NCBI GenBank assembly: GCA_001179505.1
Contig: CDMY01000047.1
Span: 139,915 to 203,914 of the forward strand
Direction of reading: 5' to 3'
Length of the DNA: 64,000 nucleotides
DNA from: Vitrella brassicaformis CCMP3155
Lineage: Eukaryota; Protista; Chromerida
A program made the translations under genes and the position numbers. Below, in pieces: positions 22,925 through 36,834 of this stretch. The notes under the pieces were generated by a model. That model searched no databases and was not told where the DNA came from. It saw only the letters and a program-made list of their open reading frames with translations. Each line of letters begins with the position of its first letter. Position 1 is the first letter of the stretch.

Positions 22925-25900
22925 ATGTTTGGGTGGGGCAGCGGCAGCAAGAAGGACAAGGATGACGGGAAGGGGAGTCAGCAGGAGGAGGTCATGGCGG
23001 AGCTCATGCAGAAGTGCGCCGACTACGAGCTGGAGGTGTCAAGTCTCAAGCAGCGCATCATGAAGATGGACGCCGCCATGGAGGACAGGGACGAAACCAT
23101 ACAGCAACTCAAGTGACCATAGGACAGACAGACAGACAGTGGGACACGGCGATGATATCTAACTCTGTGTGAGTGAGTGTATGCATGCAGGACGTCTCTG
23201 GGTGTGGCCACTTCCCTGAACACCCGGGGCAGCAATGCCCAGCTCGAGGAGGCCAGAGAGGTCGGTGTGTCGGCAAGAGTGCATGTGCGTCAGTCAATTC
23301 AATGTGCGTGCCTTTTCACTTCACGTGGGTCGGTGCACATCATATCCCGTGTGCAGCAAGTCAAGGTGCTTCAGAGGGAGGTGGCGTCCATCTCTGAGGA
23401 GAAGGGACACCAAAAGGCCAGGGAGGTGAGCGACAAAGGCCGCAGGGATCAAAAGAGAAAGGCGGGCGTCTCCTCTCCTCCCTCTGCACCCTCCCCTTTC
23501 TGTATGGGATCTCTATGGTTGGCTTCAGAAGGAGCTCTCGGACCGTGTGTCAGCTCTCTTGCAAGACCTGAAAGACGCGCACGAGGAGAGAGACACCATC
23601 AGACAGAACCTGGTACTGTCGACAAAAACGGGATACACGATGCTCGGCTGATTCATGCCGTTTGGTATTCTTCCTTTCATCAGGATGCTACACTGAGATC
23701 GCAGGAGGGTGCCGAAGCTGAGTTGGCGGCACTGCGAAAGACGAGCAAGGACATGGAGGTGATGAAAGGTGCTCATTAGCAGGCTCTATCTGCAGTGTGC
23801 CGATCGTGATGCATCCGTGCAGGGGCAGTTGAGCGCCCTTCAAGTGGCGAAAGCCGCGCTTGAGAAGGGGCGGCATGAGGCCACGGACACCACTGAGCGG
23901 CTGCAGATGGAGCATTCAGAAGTGCTGAAAGAGAAGGTACGTATCTGCAGACCAGGATGATGTGTCGAAAGAGTCCGTTGCCATTGATCGCACATCGCTT
24001 CAGGAGGAGCTCTCGGACCGTGTGTCTGCTCTGCTGCAAGATCTCAAGGATGCACACGAGGAGAGAGACACCATCAGACAGAGCCTGGTACTTTCGGCGG
24101 ACAGCTGGGCGCTCCGCTCGGTCATGCCGTCGGGGATTCTTTGACTCTTCCATGGTCATCAGGATGCTGCACTCAAATCGCAGGAGGGCGCCGAAGCTGA
24201 GTTGGCGGCACTGCGAAAGACAAACAAAGACATGGAGGTACGATAGATAGCGGCTGAGGAACAAAGACCGTGCTGTGCTCATCCGCCGTGAATCCATGTG
24301 TGCAGGGGCAGTTGAGCGCTCTTCAAGTCGCCAAGTCTGCCTTTGAGAAGGGGCAGCATGAGACCGCTGAGGCCGCTGAGCGGCTGCAGAGGCAGCACTC
24401 AGACGTGCTTAAAGAGAAGGTAGGCACCGACCGGCCAAGATGCGTTTCCATTGGTTCAACTCACATCTGCTTGCATCCCGTACGTGTCTGCAGGAGGCAC
24501 TGGCTGAGCGTGTGCACGAGCTAGAGGTATCCAGCCAAACTCGTCTGTCTCCCCTGCCACCCGTCCATTCCATCCATGTGGCTGCTTGCTTTAATGAATG
24601 AATTGTGTGTATGCAGGAGGAGAGCAGGAGCTCCGTTCAGGCGCGTGAGGAGTTGGTGCGTGTGCGTCGTGAGCTGGACGAGGCGATGCAGCAGAAGATG
24701 CAGCTGGGCCAGCAGCTGGAGGACCGTGACAGACAGCTCACCCAACTCAAGGGACTACAGGTCTCTAAGCGTGGCTTGTAGTCCGCATCCACCCACTTTG
24801 TATGCCTGTGGGTGGCTGTGGGTGGGTGCTTGGATGGCTGCAGGACGTGCATGCAGAGGAGACTCAGCGGCTGACCAACGACCTCATTCAAGAGAGGGAG
24901 GCGCGCCGGCACAAAGAGGTGACACACAAGACTATCACTCTTTCTACCCGCTACGCTGTGCTTTGCGTCATCCACACACATGCACTGCACACACGTGTAT
25001 ATGTATGTGGATTGATTGCAGGAGGAGTTGACGGCGGAGGTCAAGTCGCTCCAGGATGCGGACCGAGGTCTCCGCGCAGAGCTTGAGGTGTATAGGAAAC
25101 AGACCGAGGGCCAGGGGGAGGAGTTGCAGCACCTCTCCCAACTCATCACAGAGAATGCACGACTCAAGGTAGGTATGCACGTGTCAGTATGTGTGTGCCA
25201 CCACACAATCAAACCAACACCCACCCTCCTCATATATATCTCTCTCCGAAAAGGCCCAGGTGGAGACTCTTTCAGCGGACAAGGGCGCCCTGGAGGGTGA
25301 GCTTCAGCGGCTCAAGGCGGGTGAGAGTGAGCTGCAGAAGGAGAAGGACGAGCTGCAGGACAAGTACAACACGCGACTCGCCACACTGCAGGTGGCCATG
25401 GCCACCAAGAATGCACTCGAGGTGGGTGGGTTGGGGGGTGGATGGGCACACACCAAGGTCTACGATTAGGAAGATACACCGTCCTCATGCAGGAGAGCAG
25501 CAACGAGGCTCTGCAGCAGAAGGATGAGCTAATCAAGAGCATGGAGGATGACAAGGTAGGTAGGTGCACTGGCCGGCCGATAGATACCCGAGGAGCCATC
25601 AATGTTGCATCCATCTCTCTGTCTTGTGCCTCAGAGCGCTGTCGAGAAAGAGTGTGAAGCCCTTCGCCAGGAAAACGTATACAATCATCCCTCATATGGG
25701 AGCCCATTCATACCTGCATTTGTGTGCCTGCCTGTGTGCTTCTTCAGGCCACCCTCAAGTCTGATTTGTCCGAGGCCGAGTCGCAGTCTAACGAGCTGCT
25801 GGCACAGCTCAACGAGGCGCGATGGGCCAAGGATGAGGCAGAGGAGAAGGCCAGACAAGCCGAGGTACCGCCATTGACCACGACAGCACACAGGCAGCTT

Positions 25901-27968
25901 CTGTGAATGTGTGTACTCTGTATGGTGACGCCCAAACAGGCCGCCATGAAGGAAGCTGAGGCGACGCGATCTGCAGCAAAAGAGACACAAGAGGAGAAAA
26001 AGAGGGAGCTAGTCGCTCTGCGGCAGCAGGTGGACGACCTCAGGCAGCAGAACGTGAGAAGATCAAGGAACGACCTTATCTATTCACCGCAGCCAGCGAC
26101 TGTCCTATTTTCCTGTGTCTACCCACGCAGTCGTCTCTGCAAGACACGGCAGAGAAGAGCTCGCATAAGGCGGAGATCATGCGCAAACAGGTCGAGAGCA
26201 TCACAGCGGAAAAGGCCGTGATCCTCAGCCAAAAGGTCAGCAACCACTCCCCCACCGCTCAGCCCTGTCTGTCCATCTATCCACCCTCTGTTTGTTCAGG
26301 TAGCCTTGAGTGAGCGTGTGGATGCAGCCGAGCATGAGATAGAGAGGCTGAGGTCCGAGCATCAGCTGTCGATGAACGAGAGGGCGAGGCAGCGCGAGAC
26401 CGAGCTCCAGGGCGAGATTGAGGGGCTCATGAAGAGCCTACAGGAGAGCGAGCAGAACAGACTCCAGCTGCAGAATGACCTGGTACACTCGTGCGCGTGT
26501 GCCCTCTAAAAGGTGACAGCTGTCTCCGTGTGTGTGTGTGTGTGTGTGTTTGTGTGTTCGTCAGGATGAGGCCCAGCAGGCAATCAAGGACCTCCGAGTG
26601 AGCACAGTTCAGGGCACACCTTGATGAACCATGTGCACGTTCGGTTGTGTATCGCATAATACATGCAGGAGCAGCTGACATTCTCCCAGGAGGAGAGGAA
26701 GACCGTGCAGGATGAGAGAGATGCCCTGCTGGAGCAGCAGGTAGGTGTAGCACGTACCTTCTCTCAAACGAGTCGCCTATTCTCCCTCTCTCCATGCCTG
26801 ATCCCTCAGGCCGTGTTGAGCACCCAAGTTGCGGACAAACAGCAGCAAATCGAGGAAATCGAACACGAAAAGGTACCTACATACCAAAGAAGGGCGATTG
26901 GTCCCCTCCTGCCACAAACACACTCCGACACACTATTCCTTCCCTCTGCAGGCATCCCAAGCAAGAAAATACGAGTCTCTCGAGGGAGAATTCAACGCCA
27001 AAAGCGTAGGCAGACAGAAAGCTTATCATCCCTTATCTATCTAACCGCGCATTAGCTGCTTGTTCGGTCGGCATGCATCGATCAGGATGCACTTGGGCTG
27101 CTGCAGAGTGACTTCGATCGCATCAACAAGGAGAACGGACAGCTCCTGCAGGACAAGGTGCGTCGGACAAAGGAGACACGAGACAGCCCGGAGCACCCCT
27201 TGCCTGCACGTTATGTTTGGCTGCAGGCTGGCATGAGTGAGCAGCTGGCAGAGATCGAGACACACTCGGTGAGACAGACAGACTGATGGAGCTCACCTCA
27301 CGCCTCCTCTCATTGTCTGCCGCTCCTGTCCTCTGTTCGTTCGCAGCGCAATAAAGAAGAGGAGACCCAGAAGTTGCAGGGGGAGGTCCAGGAACTGATC
27401 CAACAAAAGGTCCAACCAACGCCAGTCGACAAAAGCGTGTCGCTCGTATTGCCAAGTCTGTTTGTTCCGTCTGTCTCGCTTGCAGGTTGCCTTGGTAGAG
27501 CAGTTGGGTCAGCGGTCGCGCGCGGCACCGGCAGAGGCTGAGTCACGGGTCGAGGATCTGCAGGAGAAGGCTCGACAGCGGGAGGCCGAGCTGCAGGGAC
27601 AGATCGAGGGCCTGTTGGAAGGCATGCAGGAGAGCGAGAAGTCCCGCATAGCGCTCGTGGAGGAGCTCGACGCCACCAAACAGTCTGAACAGACACTCAG
27701 GGAGGAGCTGCAGACACTCAGACGGAAAAGCCGCGAGGAGGTACCTCCCACCTTCACACGCCGAGTGCTGACAGTGAGTGACATGCACACGTGTGTCTGT
27801 GTGTGTGTGCGTGTGTGGGATTCTCAGGAGGGTTTGCGCACATTCGCCGCCTCGACCCTAGCAGCAGAGCAAGCCAAGGAGCTGGAGACCCTCAAACAAG
27901 AAAACACCACACTGCTGCAGCAACAGGTGGACCGACTGACACCAATAACAAGCCACTTGAAAAGAGGT

Positions 27969-28002
<34 letters not shown>

Positions 28003-30316
28003 TGTATGTGTGGCTGTCAGACCTTGTTGAGCACCAAGCTCAATGAGGCCGACAAGGAGCGAGATGCGCTGAGCAGCATTCAGCAGGATCTCAACGAGGT
28101 GGCGGCTGAGCTCGAGCAGAAGGCCATCGACTTGGAGCGCGATGTCAAGGACAAAGACGACATCATCCAGCAGAGGGAAGCCGAGATCCTCGCCCTTCGC
28201 GACACTGCTGCTGTGTCGACACAGCAGGAGCAGCGCATTCGCGATCTGGAGGAGGAGAGGGCATCTCTGGTCACGGCCAACCAACAGCTCCAAGGCGATA
28301 AGGTGCCCGCTTCAGCAGCCAATAAACATTGACGAACATACATCATCGATCCCTTTCTGGCTGGGCTGTGTCAGGAGGGACTGGTGCAGAGAGTGCAGGC
28401 TCTCCAATCTGACCTTGCTGCCGTCAGGACACGCCGCATCGCACACCCCGACCTCCCTGCCGCCGACTGGGAGTCCACTGCCGATGTGCCTGCAGCCCGG
28501 CGGCCGGACACTGCTGTGATGGAGACACAGACCGACACTGTGGGTGATGAGCAGCGACACATCGAGAGGGTAGGGGAAAAGCTCACACCCACCAAAGGGA
28601 CACCATATATATGGTGAGAATGCAGGTCGTGTATGTGTATGTGTGGGTTTCTTGGTCAGGTTGAGGGTGGGGGCATTGTTGTCGAGGCTCTGCAGGCAGA
28701 GATTGAGCAACTCACTGAAGAAAAGGTATCGACAACACACAACCAACCTACGCCTACCTGACGCAAAACAAATACACACATACACATGTATGTCTGCAGT
28801 CATCGCTGCAGTCGGAGCTGATGGAGAGCATCCGACAGATAGACGAGCTCAAAGCGCAAGAGACCGAGCTATCGGCGAATCTGCAGCAGGAGCATGACGA
28901 GCGCAGGGCCGAAACCGACCGCTGGGTGCAACAATTCGCTTCCCTGCGGGAAGAGAAGGTGAATAGGGGATGGATGCGACAGACAGTCAACCATGTCAGA
29001 TGGGAGGGATCGGGATGGATGCTGGTCTGCGGCAGGCCGCGATGCTCCAGTCTCTGTTTGAGAAGTGCACCGCACTGGGCGACGAGCACCACCGGCTTAA
29101 AGCATGGGTCCAGACAGAGGTACACACACATTAAGGACAGTGCAACCCACGGATGCGCACCTCTCCCCGACGCACACAGGTCCAGCGAACATACAGGGTC
29201 CTGGCGAGCATGATCGCGTCATCTGCGGCGTCGCTTGTGCCGGCCACCGGTGTTTCTGTGGCCCTCGAGCATCCTGTGCAGACGGAGGACAAGGGGCAGG
29301 AGACCGACGTCGCACCCGAGTACGAGACGCCGCCCCTCGAGGAGATCGTGGAAAAGACCGAACGGGTTGGACGAACGAAGTGCGCTGTGTCTACAACGGC
29401 GCCTGTGTCTGTCTATGTGTCTCTCTCTCATCAGGATGTGATGAAGGTGTTGGGTGATCTGACTGTGGCAATGGATGGCCTCAAGACGGAACAGCTGATT
29501 GAGGTGCAGGGAGGACAGACAGCCACGCCACCAGTGACAGCAGGAGCCACCACCGCACAAGAGGTAGAAAGACAAAGAAGATCCGCAGACAGACCGCCTT
29601 GTCGACCATGTCTCTCTCCATGGCTTTTTGTTTCTGTGTGTGCGTCTCGTCTCCTCTATGTGTCAGCTGGACCGTCACAAGCATCTGCAGCACCTTCACC
29701 GCCACCTGGCCGAGATCTTCATGCATCAAATCGCAAAGGACAGAGCCGCCACCGGTCCTCAATACGCTGTCGCCCGCCCCTCTCACACGCGGCATTCGAA
29801 TGCGCGGCAGCTGCGGAGCCGCCTCAAGCACCTGAGGAGCCGGGTGGAGAGCAACATCGAGAGGGCCAAGGTACACCAAAAAAAGCGATAGACAGACCGC
29901 CGAGCTCATTAATCAACATGCCTTCTGTGTCTCCATGGCACCAGGTGTGGATCGGCACGTACGAGTCGCCTCATGGCGCACCGCCCCTCCCCCCGTCGTA
30001 TGTGTACCCCAGCAGCATCAACTTCTCTTCCTTTGCTCAGCCACAGAGGAAGGACGGCGGACGGATCGCAGCATACACACCGCAGCCAAGGAGAAATGTC
30101 CCCGAGAGACGCCAGTCCGACATTTTGGATGAGCAGCCTAGAAGTCGCGTGGGGTTCGAAGGCAGAAGGTACGATTGCATGCGCTTTCGCTCGTCACACG
30201 AGACCCATGTCATGTTGGTGTCACTGTGTTGTGCATGCAGCTTTGGGGCGGCTGTGCGGGATGCGAGAGGCGTCGGCCGTCCCATCACTGGTGTGCTCAT
30301 CGATCCGAGCCTTTGA
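22925..30316 (+). CDS. Very long multi-exon coiled-coil protein (golgin/centrosome/cytoskeleton-like), with internal exon-module duplication
   Basis: MFGWGSGSKKDKDDGKGSQQEEVMAELMQKC..., then dozens of short exons encoding E/Q/K/L heptads, ending ...GRPITGVLIDPSL* at 30316. No diagnostic terminal domain recognised. Confidence 0.8.
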
Positions 30317-30622
30317 TTGAGACACAAATGTGCGTTTGACTGTCACGCGGGGGGCATTACTCTCCTTACTGTTCGGACCATCGTGGGTGTACGTCTACAT
30401 GGAATCTGTCGAAGGTGCAGTGCATCGCACGCATCCTGTCTGTCTGTCTATCTGCGTGGGGTCGTTGACGTACGTACGTACGTATGATATGCACAAGATC
30501 CAGCCACAGTGACTGACTCGCTCGCCATGCCATCCCATCCATGATGTGAGAATAATGTCAACACTTATATTCCATAGCTACGTCTACTGCGCACAGACGA
30601 CGAACTACAAATTGGTCTCACC

Positions 30623-33600
30623 TCACCCGCTCACGGACGTCCTGGTGCTACGAATCTGCTTGGCCAGGGAAGTGGTTTCCTCGATGTCTCCCTCCTCCAG
30701 ATGTGGTGGCTCGTCGATGTCCTGCAGCCCACCAGGGGACATGGGCCACCAATCAGCCACAACAGATGCGCGAGATGTGCCCCGCGACCACAGCAGCGGC
30801 ACGGCATCGCTCCGGCGCCTCTCGTGTTTTCCCCTGGTGGCCTTGTCATCTGCTGCCGTCTGGCCGCTAGCTGCTGCTGCTGCTGCTGTTGCTGGGCGAG
30901 GACTGGCGGTGGGCTGCTGCGCTGATGATGGTGCTGGGGGGCGGGCCGCATCGCCAATGCCTTCGACCGGATGTGTGTCGACCGTTCCGCTAGCAGTGGC
31001 ATCAGTACGATTGATGCGAATGAGTTCTCGCTGCATGGCCCGCCTGAATGCCCCCTCGTCGACGTTGAGCCCTCCTTCCCTTGAGTCCATGACCTGCATT
31101 AGGGCTGGGGAGAAACTGTCCTGCTGTCGCGTGTCCTCCATCAGACACTCAGCATTCCTCTGGAAGGCCTGGCACCCTTGCTGCAGCTCCGCCAGCTCCT
31201 TTATCTTTGTTTCAAGGTTTTTCTCCTGCAGCCATATGTACTGGCTCAACGTGGCCTGCAGGAAATAAAGAGGGACATAAGTTACACGATGCTTGTGTGT
31301 GTGGTGGGGGTCGTCTGCCTGCCTGTCTGTCTGCCGGAACTCACCTGGTCGTCGATGTATGCTGGTTCGTAGTGTTGTGTTTGCAAGTGCATGTCCCTCT
31401 CTGTCTGCTCCAGCCGCCTTGTCAAGGCCGCGTATGAGCTGCACACATAGACAGATGCAGACAGACGCATAGAGACACTGATTAACTAACTCATTGGCTT
31501 GTCTTTGCAAAAGGCAGGCTGTGTGTACTCGTCGATGGCACTCTCGAGGTCTTCAAAGTAAGTCTGCAGCTTCTTCGGGTCGCGGCCCTTCCTGATTTGC
31601 ACGCAAGAGACATAGCGGCAAATGAACTAAGTGGCTTAGTGTGCAATCGGTACACCACACCATCCACTGACAGACGAACCTGTCTTTAAGCCTCTCCAGC
31701 AGTTTGAGTGCGAAAGCATGTGCCTCGTCGCTTGCCCACTGCTGCACGGCCACCATCTCGCTGCCAAACCTCAGAAGACGCGCATCGCTGGAGTCGCGAC
31801 GGCTGCACCACCGCACACACAAGGACAACATGGACGGACGATTACAATCACCAGCACCGTACCGTATCCCCCGACTCACCCACCCACCTGTGTCTCCTCA
31901 CGTCCCGCGCCAGTGTGTCCATGACATTCTCTGTCTTGGCAGCCCGACGGTGCAACATCCTCTGCTTACGAGGATTCGCAGGCAGCTTGTGCGGATCGGA
32001 CTGCGTAGAGAATGTTATGGGTCCAATTTTCCGCACTATGTATTATAAGGTCTGTGAGTGTTTGTTGTTCACCTCTCCCGGGGGCACTTCGAAGACGTAG
32101 TCCTCCTCCCAGAGTATGCACCGCATCCAGCCGCAGTAGGGCTTTATGCATCGCTTCCAGTTGATGGGTGGCGCCTGAAGGATCGAAACAGTCAGTGATG
32201 GGGACCATACATATTATACATTTGTGCAGACATGTGCTCACGCAGTGCTCACGCACGTTGACGTCGATGAAGTGCCGATCGATGATGGCCAGGAAGATGT
32301 TGAGAGCGACGTAGTAGAACAGCAGGCAGTATGAGAAGAAGAATATCGGCGCCATGAGAGAGTCGGCCTCCTGCAGCTCAAAGAAGTCCAGGTCGCCCAG
32401 GATGATCTCCACACACCGCCGCATCGTCGAGAAGAACGTGCTGAAAGCCTCCAGCTGGTGGCCGAACGAGATGTGGGCGAAAGAGGCGAATCCAAAGAGA
32501 ACCACAAATAGCACCACCACGAACCATCCGATGGAGGCCGCGGCGGTGGACAGAGTTCTGAAGATCATTGACCCTCGCACACTCCCCCGGAAGAACTTGA
32601 GGAGACGCAGACATATCACCAACACGTTGAGGGACGATATCTGGCGATACAGGCGCACTGAGAGGATATACATACAAGGGCGGGTAAGCAGAAGGCGCCC
32701 GCCGACTTGCGTCACTCACTCGGCTCACCTGACTCTGCGATTGCGTTGATTTCGACGAAGAAGGTGTCTGATGTGTCGATGAGTTTGAGGGTGGAGGGGA
32801 TGCTGTTGAGCCACAGAGCGATGGACAGCAACGACATGACTATCGACATGACATCTGCAGCACACACAACACACAACACACAACCACCGAATGCACACCA
32901 ACACAGACAGACAGACAGACAAGCAGACCGACCAAGGATGTTGAATGGGTCGTCAGTGTAGTGGCGGAGTATGACAGCGAAGAGGTTGTTGTGCTGAGAG
33001 CGGCCTCCTCGCCTGGTGGTGGTGTCGCTGCTCATGAGGATGAACTCCATCCGGATGTTGTGCACCTCCAGGTAGATGTAGTACAGCACCATAATCGCGT
33101 ATATGCAAAATGGGCCGAGGGAGAACACCTGCCCAGGCGTCTTGAAAGGTTCGAACTTCAGCGGAATCAACACACGACGCTGCATCAGATCAGACAAACA
33201 CACGCACATCATCGACCTAAATGACCTGGGCGGAAGGTCACCTTGGTGACGGCCCCCGAGGATTGCACGATGAAAGACCATGCCGTGTAGAGGAACGTGT
33301 CCGCGTTGCCATTATACAGGACGAACTCCAGTGTCACTGAGCTGGTGAGAGGGCTCAGGTATTCAACGCCGCCGAGCTGTTGCAGCCGCGCAGTGGCCTC
33401 GTCGATGTCAGGGCCGAAGAGACACAAATGGCCTGGCTTGTCCTCGTACCCGCCCTTGTCGCTGAAGGAGCAGATAGGCTGCAGCAAATCCTTGGTCGTG
33501 TCCTCACTCGTGTCCAGCGCGTCTCCTGGACTGATCGTCTGCACACCAGTGCGGCAAGGCAACACCCATGTAATGTAGGAGGGTGGCCGCTTCCCGCGTC

Positions 33601-36600
33601 TCTGGTGTCTGTCACCCACTTTATCGGGCCTGACTCGGGCGATAACTTTCCTTCCCTTGGTGTCCTCATTCTGCTGCTCTTTGAGGCGTCTAACAGTCAG
33701 CTTGAGCATAGGGTCGCCGATGAAGCAGTTCCACAAGTGCACGCAGGACCGGCTGGGCAGAACATCGGAGTCTGCTTCGCCGGACAGGGCGGGGACTGTG
33801 GCAATGAGCTGCGGCAGGCCGACGCTAATCCACTGTCTCAGGTCCTCGAGGCTCCCGATGTCCTTGTATGACCGGTTGTCGGCGTATTCGGCTTGCTCAA
33901 GGGCACTCGAGACAGAGGAAGACAGGATGAATGTGGTCTGCGACACACAGCAGCGTGTTAGTGTCAACGAACCATGAGGTAGGTGCTCCTACATGACTGT
34001 CGATGTTGAATGCGAGGAAGGTCATGTAGGAGATGCCAAACAGCAGGAACAGAAGCTTCTCACGCAACGAGTCGCTGGATTTCTGCAAACAAACAACAGA
34101 CAGATGAACAAGTGCTCCCTGCTCCTTCATCCGGTCCTCGCCTGCCTGCCTGCCTGCCTGCCTGAATGCCTGACCTTCTTGTCCTTGTTCAGATACTCGT
34201 CGACCTTCTTCCGTGTCTCCGAGTCCAAATCGTCATCATCACGGCTCGCTGTGACTTTTCCTGCCTTGCAAGCCATCTCGTCTCCTTCACTGTCGGGGTC
34301 CACATCATCATCCTCGTTAGTGTTCTCCCGTGTGGCCGAAGCCTTCCTCGTGTGTGCGTCATGCGCTGCGATGAACTCCCTGTCCAGCCGCTTGCCGTCG
34401 TCGGGCGACGGAAGGCGGACGTTGAGGAAGTGCAGGAGGCTGCGGAGGACGAGGGTGCCGATGTCGACTTTCTCCAGCCTGGCGATGGGTTTCTGCAGGT
34501 CATTTTCCTTCTTGTTGGCTGCCTCTTGGCTCATGTGAATGTCAGATTGTTTGTTGTAGGACATGTTGATGATGGCGTTGATCATGTTGATGTTGATGAA
34601 GAAGAAAAACAGCAAAAAGGCGACGAGGAACACGGGGCCCACGGGATGATCCTGACGTCCGTCGACAGACAGCATATACACACACACACACCCACGCCAC
34701 TGTGCCACTACTGTCGTGTACCTTGATGTGGTCATATGCCTTGATGTTGCCGAGCATCATGGCTATGTTGGTGACGATGGCGTTGCCCATCGAGAAATAA
34801 TTGATGTTGGTCTCGCCAAAGGCCATCGTCTGCAATGATCCAGCCCGCCACATCAACACCTGCACGCCGTCCCTGTTTGTCTGTGCAGCCATACCTACCG
34901 AGATGTTGACAAACCCAGCGAATACGACAGAGACGAGCATCACAAAGAAGAGGATCGGAGAGACGGCGTTGTAAATGGCGTCCTGCACGACCTTGATGCT
35001 GCCATTAACATCGCCCAGATACTTAAGGAACCGCAGCAGGATCATCAGAAGCGCAGCAGCAGACGCCCGCACATAGACTCGGTATATCTGTGCCATCCTG
35101 TGGGCCTCCCACCCGAAAACGGCCGAGGGGTCGATGTTGGGCTGCACCACATACCACAGGGCCAGGGAGAGCAGCGACACGAAGCAGTTGACGAACGATA
35201 TTATGCAGCCGGGGCGGGTCAAGTAGGCGCAACATCCCATGCGGAAGAGGTACCAGCACTCCCAACCGAGGTAATACACCGTCAGCAGCAGATACAACAC
35301 CTCCATCGCCTGGAGAAAGTCGTTCCTCCTGCATGTATGAGACGAAGGCGACACACATGGGTTTGGCCTGATGCATGCCCGTGTGTGTCTTTGTGTTTGT
35401 GGTTGGTTATGTGCCTGTGCAATGCATACGTGCATACGTGTTGACTTTGAGGGTCCATGTGTCGATCTTGCCGGCCACCCCGCCAGACGGCCGCCAGGTG
35501 AAGGACACTTCCACTACGGCAAGAGTGTTCATGTTGCCATTGTACACCAAAAAATCCGTCAGTAGGATCACATGCGGTGCCGGAGCATCTTCATAGGATG
35601 GATTAAAGAAGCCGCTGTCCATGAGAAGGCCCTCCATGACCTCTCGGCACGTGCTGAAACTTGCGGTGAGGCACTCCGAATCGTCGAGCGGCACGTGCAC
35701 AGCATAGCCGCCCACACGAGTGTATCCATCAGTCGCACCGTATCGCCACTCGCTCTGCTGGCCGCTGTTGGGTGACGCTGCCTTGTCCCTGCTCCTGAAC
35801 GCATTGGGCAGGTCGATTGACGCATTGCGGGGAAAGGGGTCGGTCAATTCATAGGCAGGGTTCTTCCTCAGGGGCAAAGCGGGCTGCTGCCACGCCAGCG
35901 GATACCTGCACACACCACATACATGTACACACATATCAAGGCATACGCGCTGGTGAAACCTGTGTGTGTGTCTGTGGTGTGTCTTGCAGTGTGTGTACCG
36001 GCTTCTGAATCTGTCGGTGGGGTTTTCCCCGTGCAGCTTCATCCGCCGCTGTGTGATGCGCATACTGCCACCGATGACCTTGTTGAAGGTCTGCAGCCCG
36101 AGACTCCCCTCCCTCTGCTGGGCCTGCGGCAAGAGCACCCTGGTCATCCACAGGCGGATGTCATCGAGCGTCCTGATGTCCCCAAAGTACAGGGTGCGGC
36201 CGCCGTCGGTTGCGGCTTGGGTGAAGGGCACCGTGACAAGCGGCCTCTCGATGCTCTGGTTCATGCTGCGGCAATTTAAAGACGAAGAGGTGAGTTTGAC
36301 AGTCCAATTCAGTGTGTGGACTGTGGTCGAGAGCACCCACCTGTAGACTCTGTGCATGTCGTTACGCCCAAAGATGACAATCACCGCCACCGTCATGAAA
36401 AGCATGAACCCCACAGTGTCTCGAATGCTGCAGTGCACATGCCAGTGGCCGGCGATTGGCAACAGCAGGTGAGACGATAACAGAGAGAGGCGCCCCTATC
36501 GTCCCTTACTTACCTGTACTCGTGCGAGTAGGGAGGCGGCGCGCGCTGCTTGCCCAGGTATTCCCCCATCAGCCGTTGTCTATTCCGACGCTTCTCATCA

Positions 36601-36713
36601 GCTTCAAGTTGCTCCATGATCAACGAAGCCGAACCGCGCGTCTCGCTGTGGCCCCCAGCGCAATCCTGTAAATTTTCGGGCTCCTCTGGCAGCTTTTGCG
36701 CGAACCACGGCAC
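30623..36713 (-). CDS. Polycystin/TRPP (PKD2-like) cation channel with two tandem channel domains and a coiled-coil C-tail
   Basis: Domain I: GGYAVHV, DFLVYNGNMNTLAVVEVSF, LLRFLKYL, FG...YFSMGNAIVTNIAMMLGNIK, PVFLVAFLLFFFFININMINAII. Domain II: EFVLYNGNADTF, LRLLKFF, FGHQLEAFSTFFSTMRRCVEIILGDLDF, APIFFFSYCLLFYYVALNIFLAII. Both ends are approximate. Confidence 0.9.
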
Positions 36714-36834
36714 CCTGTGGGACGTCTATAGCCCTCCCTCGACAGTCACCGGCCTATGAAGCGTCTGTCGGGGGGAAACTACGGTGAAACAGCTCAGTCG
36801 CCCTTGCCAAGAATGCGGCGTCACAGGTGCATCG

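Noticed and set aside
22925-30316. Golgin (GRIP) or myosin/kinesin identity for the coiled-coil gene
   Set aside because: No GRIP, motor or other diagnostic domain is visible at either end.
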